Under the pieces are notes generated by a model. The model was given only the letters and a program-made list of their open reading frames with translations, was not told the origin of the DNA and did no database searches. Positions 1-6,242 of a stretch of 33,697 bases of DNA are shown here, piece after piece. Position 1 is the first letter of the stretch. Each line of letters begins with the position of its first letter. Source of the stretch: Bacteroidia bacterium. Its GTDB lineage: Bacteria > Bacteroidota > Bacteroidia > Bacteroidales > GCA-2748055. Both the position numbers and the translations under genes were made by a program. The DNA is taken from NCBI GenBank assembly GCA_030596245.1, contig JAUVKN010000002.1, positions 1 through 33,697 on the forward strand, read 5' to 3'.

Positions 1-1
1 T

Positions 2-1015
2 CCCGTTATCTGGGATGCTGTAAGATTTTCTGTCGATAAACGAGGACTAATGGGTCAGTTTATTCTTACTGGTTCTGCAACGCCAAGTGACAATGAAACG
101 TCTCATTCTGGTACTGGGAGAATTGCCCGAATGCTTATGCGACCTATGAGCTTGATTGAATCCAATGAATCAAATGGAAGCATATCTCTTAAAGATCTTT
201 TTGATGAAAAAACAGATATAGCTGCGAAAAGCACTTTGACGATTGAGCAATTAGCACATGCGATATGCAGAGGAGGGTGGCCGGCTGCGGTAATATCCGG
301 GAAACAGTCTCCTCGAATAGCGATGAACTATGTTGATGCCTTAATTAATTTAGACGTTCATCAAGTAGATGGGGTTGAAAAAGACCCTGAAAGAGTACGT
401 CTATTGCTACAATCGCTGGCACGTAATATTTCTACCATGGCAACAGCCAAAACAATAATGGATGATATGCAAGTTAACGAGGCTTCTATTACAGATAAGA
501 CATTGAGTTCTTATCTTAATGCACTTCGTCGACTGTATGTTGTTGAGGATGTTCCAGCCTGGCAACCTTCACTTCGTTCAAGAACGGCCATACGTACATC
601 GAACAAGCGCCAATTTGTTGACCCTTCCATAGCAACAGCTGTATTGCGTACAAATTCAAAAGGGATATTGCGTGATTTTGAGACATTTGGCTTTTTATTT
701 GAATCCCTGTGTACACGTGATTTGAGAATATATTCGCAGGTTATTGATGGAGGAGTATTTCACTATCGGGATAAATCAGAACTTGAAGCTGATCTAATCA
801 TTAAACTTAATGATGGTCGATGGGCTCCTGTTGAGGTTAAAATGGGAAATAAACAAATTGAAGAAGCTGCGGCCAACCTGATTAAACTCAGTAAAAAGGT
901 TGATGCTGGGAATATGAACCAACCATCCTTTCTTATGGTGCTTACAGGAGGACAGGTTGCATATAGACGCGCGGATGGTGTGTTGGTGGTTCCAATTGGC
1001 TGCTTGAGAGACTAG
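2..1015 (+). CDS. AAA+ ATPase of the AAA_14/DUF4143 family, 5'-truncated by the window edge
   Basis: The frame of ORF 50..1015 stays open back to nt 2 (..PVIWDAVRFSVDKRGLMGQFILTGSATP), so the ATG at 50 is internal. FILTGSA is followed by the DUF4143-type C-terminal half, which carries a PD-(D/E)xK-like signature (ELEADLIIKLNDGRWAPVEVKMG). The family is assigned from memory of this common Bacteroidota ATP-binding protein family. Confidence 0.75.
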   Translation, partial: PVIWDAVRFSVDKRGLMGQFILTGSATPSDNETSHSGTGRIARMLMRPMSLIESNESNGSISLKDLFDEKTDIAAKSTLTIEQLAHAICRGGWPAAVISGKQSPRIAMNYVDALINLDVHQVDGVEKDPERVRLLLQSLARNISTMATAKTIMDDMQVNEASITDKTLSSYLNALRRLYVVEDVPAWQPSLRSRTAIRTSNKRQFVDPSIATAVLRTNSKGILRDFETFGFLFESLCTRDLRIYSQVIDGGVFHYRDKSELEADLIIKLNDGRWAPVEVKMGNKQIEEAAANLIKLSKKVDAGNMNQPSFLMVLTGGQVAYRRADGVLVVPIGCLRD

Positions 1016-1110
1016 AGAACCCTGTGAGAATTTCGTTTCAAAGCGAATAATATCAAACTAAGACATACATTGAAGTCCTTGAATGGATATTCCAGAATAC
1101 CAATGACTTA

Positions 1111-1159
1111 CAAAAAGAAAAAACGGAAGAACAAGATCAAAAATCTCTTTCTTCCGTTT
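1111..1159 (-). terminator. Rho-independent terminator downstream of tRNA-Leu
   Basis: Perfect 11-bp stem 1121-1131 / 1149-1159 (AAACGGAAGAA / TTCTTCCGTTT) with a 17-nt loop, followed on the minus strand by TTTCTTTTTG. Confidence 0.6.
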
Positions 1160-1162
1160 CTG

Positions 1163-1248
1163 TACCCGGAGCCGGAATCGAACCGGCACGGCCATTACTG
1201 GCCACTGGATTTTAAGTCCAGCGCGTCTACCTATTCCGCCATCCGGGC
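1163..1248 (-). tRNA. tRNA-Leu (anticodon UAA), long variable arm, CCA not encoded
   Basis: The minus strand reads GCCCGGA-TG-GCG-GAATAGGTAGA-CGC-G-CTGGA-CTTAAAA-TCCAG-TGGCCAGTAATGGCCGT-GCCGG-TTCGATT-CCGGC-TCCGGGT-A. This is a complete cloverleaf with anticodon loop CT-TAA-AA, a GGCC/GGCC variable-arm stem and a canonical T-loop. Confidence 0.93.
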
Positions 1249-1309
1249 ATCAAGCTGGTAGCTGCTCATACTTTATTTATCTCTATAAGAACCATTGCCT
1301 ATTCGCTGT

Positions 1310-1323
1310 GATGGCGGAATAGG
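1310..1323. repeat. 14-nt inverted copy of tRNA-Leu positions 6-19
   Basis: Plus-strand GATGGCGGAATAGG at 1310..1323 is the exact reverse complement of 1230..1243, which lies inside tRNA-Leu. Confidence 0.9.
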
Positions 1324-1386
1324 CCATCCCTCCAGCTGGCTCCTCCCTAAAATGCTCCACCGGAGCATTTCCTAACGGTCGGCCCT

Positions 1387-1404
1387 GCCATCCGGGCATC
1401 AAGC
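1387..1404 (-). repeat. 18-nt direct repeat of the tRNA-Leu leader plus 5' acceptor strand (other copy at 1238..1255)
   Basis: GCTTGATGCCCGGATGGC (minus strand) occurs identically at 1404->1387 and 1255->1238. The second copy is 7 nt of leader plus nt 1-11 of tRNA-Leu. Confidence 0.9.
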
Positions 1405-1498
1405 AGACTATTTCTTCAATCTTAGCGGTGCAAATTTAATTAAAAAAGTAAATAGTAAAAAAAAGGCCGCCTTTTAAGACAGCCTCTTCTTCCTGTTG

Positions 1499-1571
<73 letters not shown>

Positions 1572-1581
1572 AAATGGATTG

Positions 1582-1613
1582 CAAATATATAACTGATATT
1601 TGGAATCTGCAAA
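1582..1613 (-). promoter_or_regulatory. Bacteroidota-type promoter (-33 TTTG / -7 TAnnTTTG) for tRNA-Gly
   Basis: Minus strand: TTTG (1613-1610), 20 nt, then TATATTTG (1589-1582), ending 10 nt upstream of the mature tRNA-Gly 5' end. Confidence 0.55.
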
Positions 1614-1632
1614 ACCTTAAGCGTTTGACAGC

Positions 1633-4600
1633 TTATTGAATCAGAATTTTGTGTATGCTGGTGGCTCCCGGTTTGATCAGTTTCAGGATATAGATCCCTG
1701 CTTGATATCCTGACACATCTATCTCATATTCTGACTGATTGAGAAGTATTGCCACAAGGTTTCCTGCCATTCCATACATCTGCAGATCAAATGGCACCTG
1801 ATCTGATGATTTCACTGAAATAAGCTGGTTTGCAGGGTTGGGATATATGAGGAACCCGACTGTCATCAGGTCATCTTCAGTGGAGGAGCATATCTCTGTG
1901 GTCAACTCCAGGATATAGATCGTATCCCCTTCTACTGAGTTTTTAACCGTATCCGCAAAGGTTCCGGTCTCTTTATACCAGTCACTTCTGAATTGGATGC
2001 TGTCACCAAGACATATGGTCTCCTGTTCATTGATCACAACTTCCTCTGGTGAATCGTTCCTAAGGAGTCCTCCCTCTCTGTAACCAACAAATGCAACACT
2101 GGTGGATTCTATTGCACTCCCTTTTTTCACGGATACCCCTGCATTGAGACTGGCAAAATATAGGCGGCCATCTTCAGTCACCAGGATTTCACCGAAAAAA
2201 CGATTCCCCCTGACCCCTGCCGATTTTAGTACCAATGGCTCTCCATCATCAGTAAGCCTGGCAATAAACATGTTGGGTGAAACGGCAGTCTGTCCTGAAG
2301 ATGAGTCGGCGACCAGGGTATCATGTCCCATAATCAATACATCTCCGAACATTCCCATCAAATAGCCAGCTGTATCTGACGCTGGCTCGTAGCAGATTCC
2401 AAAGTCCCCGCCATCTCCAAGGCTTCCGTAAGAATTAAGGGCTGTGCACACTCCTTCCGGATTAAACCTGGCCAGGAATATTTCTTCCATTATGTTATCA
2501 TAGTATTCAACAGAAAGACCATCAAAACCAATGTCCATTACATACATCCCTGTCATAAATATGCGGTCCTGCACATCCACACTTACATCAAAAGCTTCGG
2601 CAAATCCGAATTCAGTATCAATGGTGTTCCCCCATTGAGCCACACCCTCTTTGCTAAACTTGACCAGGAATGGAGCTTCGGTAGGAGTATTCAACACCAC
2701 TCCATTGCCAAAATCAGCCTGATGGGTGAAGGTTCCATTTGCAATAACCTCTCCTGAATTATTAAGATCAATATCAATTAGGCCGAACAGCAAATCATCC
2801 GTAACGGCATGACTGATCCACTCACAGGAGCCTGCCGTATCCATTCGGGCCAGGAACATCACATTGGCATATTCATGCCATGTACCGGTGACTTCAATCG
2901 TATCAATGGTCAGGGAACCCGAAAAGTTTCCACCCAGGTAAATATGATTTTCCGCATCAATCTCAATATTATCACAATTTACTCCCCTGGTCGTCTCCAA
3001 CTCTTTGATCCAGAGTAGATCTCCCAAAGGATTGAACTTCACAACATAACCACTTCCAGCAATCATATCTGTAGTCAAAACTGTATCTTCGATCTGAATG
3101 TTATCCCAGAAGGAACCTGTCACATATACATTGCCATCACTGTCCACAGCCAGATCACCTTTCCCTTTATGGAAAGGACTTGTCAGAAATTTACTCCACT
3201 GGTAATCCCCATTTTCAGCATACTTAACAATAAATATGTCATCAGCTACATACGAAAAGACCTCAACCTCTTCCACTCTTAATCCTCCGCTAAAGTGGCC
3301 AAGCAGATTGAAACTACCATCCAAACCCGTACAGATGCTGCTGAAATATGAGTTTCCCGAACCACTGATGTTACCGGTCCAGTCCCAGCCAACCACTTCA
3401 TAACTCACATAGGATTGCCCTTCCAGGGTCAGATAAACCGTGTCAGATACAATTCGTTCGCATCCGTTGATAACTACAAAATAATAAGCTCCTGCATCAG
3501 CGACTGTGGCATAATCGATGGAATATATACCCCTGAAAACATCTGGAAGCAGGATTCCGTTGCGGTACATTTCATATTCCAGGCCCTCCAGGTTTTCGTT
3601 CGCGTAGAACCAAATATTCACTGCATCTCCTTCTGAAGCATAAATCTCCGTAGATGCCACATCATAGATATAGATATTGTCATAGAGTTTTCCCGATTCC
3701 ACCTCCATTGTCAAAACACTGGTCCGATACCCGTTGCTGACACTGCATTGATACTGACCAAAATCCTCTTCTGAGGTAATAGTGATGGCAAAATAAGAAG
3801 TGCTGTCATCCTGCAAGATCACACCGTCCCTGGAAAATGTAAATTGAAGAAACGGCCCTGTAACGTCCGGATTAAACTCAATGGTTTCTCCCACACAGCC
3901 TGATTGGTTTTGCGGAGTTCTATTTACCAATGGCAGATGCTGCATGAAAAATCTATGTATCTCTTCTCCTTCCATTGCCCGCTGATAGAGCTTGAAATCA
4001 TCCATCACAAATGTTTTACTCCCGGTCCCCCGATTACCGATGATCAATGAGTTATCATCCGTCTTCAGGGTAAGTCCAGGTGCCGGAACAGCTACTTCTG
4101 GCATTCCATCCAGATAAGAATTCAGCTCTGTACCATTAAATGTTGCCGTAACAAGATGCCACACGCCTGGTTGGAGCGTGCTATTTGAGATGTGCTCGTA
4201 AACGGTTCCATCTGCAGCTGTAATGGCAAAAATGAGATGCAAATCGGGATCGATAAACAATCCGTAGTTTCCAATAGAATCAGCACCACCATCCGGTTTT
4301 GCTAATATAGGCTCCACCCTGTCAGGCTGGGTGTCGATCCTTATGGAGAGTGCTATGGTAAGCAGATCCGGAATATCCAGATCCGGATCGTCCGGGATCT
4401 CAAGGTAACTATCGGTTCCAGCAAACCTCACTGCCTGGAGTGGGGTTCCGAAAATACCAGAATCAGGAGCCACGGAATACGCCACCGCCGATCCGGTATG
4501 TCCTGTGGAGTCAGATAAATTTCCATTGAAAGCATAAAACGCCATCAATGCCGAACTGTCCACAGGAGGATAGTCCTCCTGTGATATAAGCATCAGATGA

Positions 4601-5847
4601 ATGGAATCGGAAATTAGGCGTGAACCTCGATCCATAATTTCACAATAGAAGTATCCTGTATCGGTAACACTCACATTTTCGATCGTAAAATTACGGGCAG
4701 ATTGTTCTATAAGATTCCCGTTCTGATACCACTGGAAAGTGGCCAAATCAGTGTTACCTGACAGAATTAGCTCCAGGGTGACCATCGCATTTTCATACGC
4801 TTTTAACACATAGGGTTGGTCCATAATAATAATATCTGAAGGGGCGAGCAACTCCTCCACATCAAAATACTTGCTGTGCTCAGACATACAATTATATGCG
4901 ATGCAGGAGTACTCTCCAAAATCGTTTTCGGATTGTATCGCTACCATACAAATGGAATCGATTCCTTCCTGGATTACCTCTTCACCCTTTTTGAACCTGT
5001 ACTGAAGGAAAGGTCCGCTGTCCTTCGAAATCAGCTCGATGGTATCTCCCAGGTAGGCCGGGATGTTAGGTCGCTCATTGTCAGGCCAGAGGATAGAATG
5101 CCTAAAGATGCTTTCTATCTCTTGTTGCTGAAGAACACGCTTATAAAGAACAATGTCATCCATTTTTCCGGTGAATCCGCTTCCCACAGAATTTCCAAAC
5201 CAGAGCGGATGATCATTGGGTAGTATGGAAGTGGATCCGCTACTGGATCTACCAACGAGTTCTTCGCCATGGTATATTTCAACAGTACTTCGATCAAAGG
5301 TAATAGTAAAGGAAATCCACTGCTCTGTTATCATTCCCCAGCCTGATCCGTAGGTCGTCACCGATCCAGGAGCATCGGTAAAAGAAAAACTCCACGGGTT
5401 TCCATATGGACCATATTCGCCGGGAAAGATGGAGATCCAGTAACTACCTGTGGAGGGAGTCTCCGCGTCTGATTTGGAGATGATCCTGGTTTCAGCCTCA
5501 GGAACTGAATCAAGATAGATCCAGAAAGAGATGGAAAGAATATCTGTGAAATCCAGCGATGGATCATCATCGATACGCAGGTAACTATCGGGAGCTGTCA
5601 GATGAACAGCATTCAGGGAATTGCAAAAACGGTCTTCCGTCAGCTCAGCATTGAAAGGATAGGCCGAAACATTATTCCCTGTTGAGTCCCGGAAGCTACC
5701 ATAAAAATCGTAGTACGCCGACAGGTCGGTGGTATCAATAACAGGATATCCGGGTTGCGCCCGTAGATCGTTCAAAGGTGAAAGAACAAAACTGAATGCG
5801 ATTAAAAAAAATACAATAGCAATGGTGTGAAGGCTTTTTTTCTTCAT
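1633..5847 (-). CDS. Large T9SS-sorted surface protein: signal peptide, 2 x (LamG-like + 2 Ig-like), SBBP-like beta-propeller, Por/T9SS C-terminal domain
   Basis: ORF 1633..5901 opens on TTG. The first ATG (5847) gives MKKKSLHTIAIVFFLIAFSFVL.., a typical signal peptide. Two ConA/LamG-type regions each end in MDD(I/F)xLYxR....EI. Ig-type D-x-G-x-Y-x-C motifs are present (DFGEYSC, DTGYFYC, DFGQYQC, plus DAGAYYF). Repeated blades resemble DSDGNVYVTGSF and ENHIYLGGNF. The C-terminus (LIYPNPANQLISV...GIYILKLIK...ILIQ) matches the T9SS sorting domain. Confidence 0.85.
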   Translation of the reverse strand: MKKKSLHTIAIVFFLIAFSFVLSPLNDLRAQPGYPVIDTTDLSAYYDFYGSFRDSTGNNVSAYPFNAELTEDRFCNSLNAVHLTAPDSYLRIDDDPSLDFTDILSISFWIYLDSVPEAETRIISKSDAETPSTGSYWISIFPGEYGPYGNPWSFSFTDAPGSVTTYGSGWGMITEQWISFTITFDRSTVEIYHGEELVGRSSSGSTSILPNDHPLWFGNSVGSGFTGKMDDIVLYKRVLQQQEIESIFRHSILWPDNERPNIPAYLGDTIELISKDSGPFLQYRFKKGEEVIQEGIDSICMVAIQSENDFGEYSCIAYNCMSEHSKYFDVEELLAPSDIIIMDQPYVLKAYENAMVTLELILSGNTDLATFQWYQNGNLIEQSARNFTIENVSVTDTGYFYCEIMDRGSRLISDSIHLMLISQEDYPPVDSSALMAFYAFNGNLSDSTGHTGSAVAYSVAPDSGIFGTPLQAVRFAGTDSYLEIPDDPDLDIPDLLTIALSIRIDTQPDRVEPILAKPDGGADSIGNYGLFIDPDLHLIFAITAADGTVYEHISNSTLQPGVWHLVTATFNGTELNSYLDGMPEVAVPAPGLTLKTDDNSLIIGNRGTGSKTFVMDDFKLYQRAMEGEEIHRFFMQHLPLVNRTPQNQSGCVGETIEFNPDVTGPFLQFTFSRDGVILQDDSTSYFAITITSEEDFGQYQCSVSNGYRTSVLTMEVESGKLYDNIYIYDVASTEIYASEGDAVNIWFYANENLEGLEYEMYRNGILLPDVFRGIYSIDYATVADAGAYYFVVINGCERIVSDTVYLTLEGQSYVSYEVVGWDWTGNISGSGNSYFSSICTGLDGSFNLLGHFSGGLRVEEVEVFSYVADDIFIVKYAENGDYQWSKFLTSPFHKGKGDLAVDSDGNVYVTGSFWDNIQIEDTVLTTDMIAGSGYVVKFNPLGDLLWIKELETTRGVNCDNIEIDAENHIYLGGNFSGSLTIDTIEVTGTWHEYANVMFLARMDTAGSCEWISHAVTDDLLFGLIDIDLNNSGEVIANGTFTHQADFGNGVVLNTPTEAPFLVKFSKEGVAQWGNTIDTEFGFAEAFDVSVDVQDRIFMTGMYVMDIGFDGLSVEYYDNIMEEIFLARFNPEGVCTALNSYGSLGDGGDFGICYEPASDTAGYLMGMFGDVLIMGHDTLVADSSSGQTAVSPNMFIARLTDDGEPLVLKSAGVRGNRFFGEILVTEDGRLYFASLNAGVSVKKGSAIESTSVAFVGYREGGLLRNDSPEEVVINEQETICLGDSIQFRSDWYKETGTFADTVKNSVEGDTIYILELTTEICSSTEDDLMTVGFLIYPNPANQLISVKSSDQVPFDLQMYGMAGNLVAILLNQSEYEIDVSGYQAGIYILKLIKPGATSIHKILIQ

Positions 5848-5898
5848 TGTAGGGTGTATTGCGTTGAACCATGGCCTGACTTCCATCCAGTCAGAAAT

Positions 5899-5906
5899 CA
5901 AAACTA
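5899..5906 (-). promoter_or_regulatory. Candidate -7 box (TAGTTTTG) for the T9SS cargo gene
   Basis: Plus-strand CAAAACTA equals TAgtTTTG on the minus strand, 52 nt upstream of the ATG at 5847. It overlaps the TTG of the longer ORF, which argues for the ATG start. No clear -33 TTTG was found. Confidence 0.35.
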
Positions 5907-6242
5907 ATTGTACGAAAAAAAGAAGGTTGTGTTACGGGAAGTTATGAACGGTTCAGTGTATATGCTGGCCTAGCTCTTTGCTTACCCAGTTGTTTTATAA
6001 ACTAATAATAGAAGGCGCTGAAAGAATTTTGTTGCTTTGTTTTATTCCTCAGTATGAGCTCAGTTTTCCCGTAATGCTATAAAACATTTGTTCATACAGT
6101 GTTTCATTCAATGGAAATAACGTAACTTACTGATTATTAAGTATAAAAAATATTGTTCTGATCAGTGACAGACTAAGGTATTGCCTTGTAATTAGCAGTA
6201 AAACACAAATAATCGTACCTGTACGATATAACAAGTTTAAGC

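Noticed and set aside
1070-1261. 63-aa ORF (TTG start) on the plus strand
   Set aside because: It runs straight through the terminator hairpin and the reverse complement of tRNA-Leu, so the tRNA explains the sequence.
5848-5901. 18-codon N-terminal extension of the T9SS protein ORF
   Set aside because: It starts on TTG, precedes a textbook Met-Lys-Lys-Lys signal peptide, and overlaps the candidate -7 promoter box.
5932-6074. 9-nt inverted repeat TTACGGGAA / TTCCCGTAA flanking ~125 nt between the T9SS gene and the peptidase gene (possible invertible promoter)
   Set aside because: It is too short to be significant in a ~400-nt AT-rich spacer, where roughly 0.3 such matches are expected by chance. 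No TAnnTTTG box in either orientation lies between the arms, and no recombinase gene is nearby.
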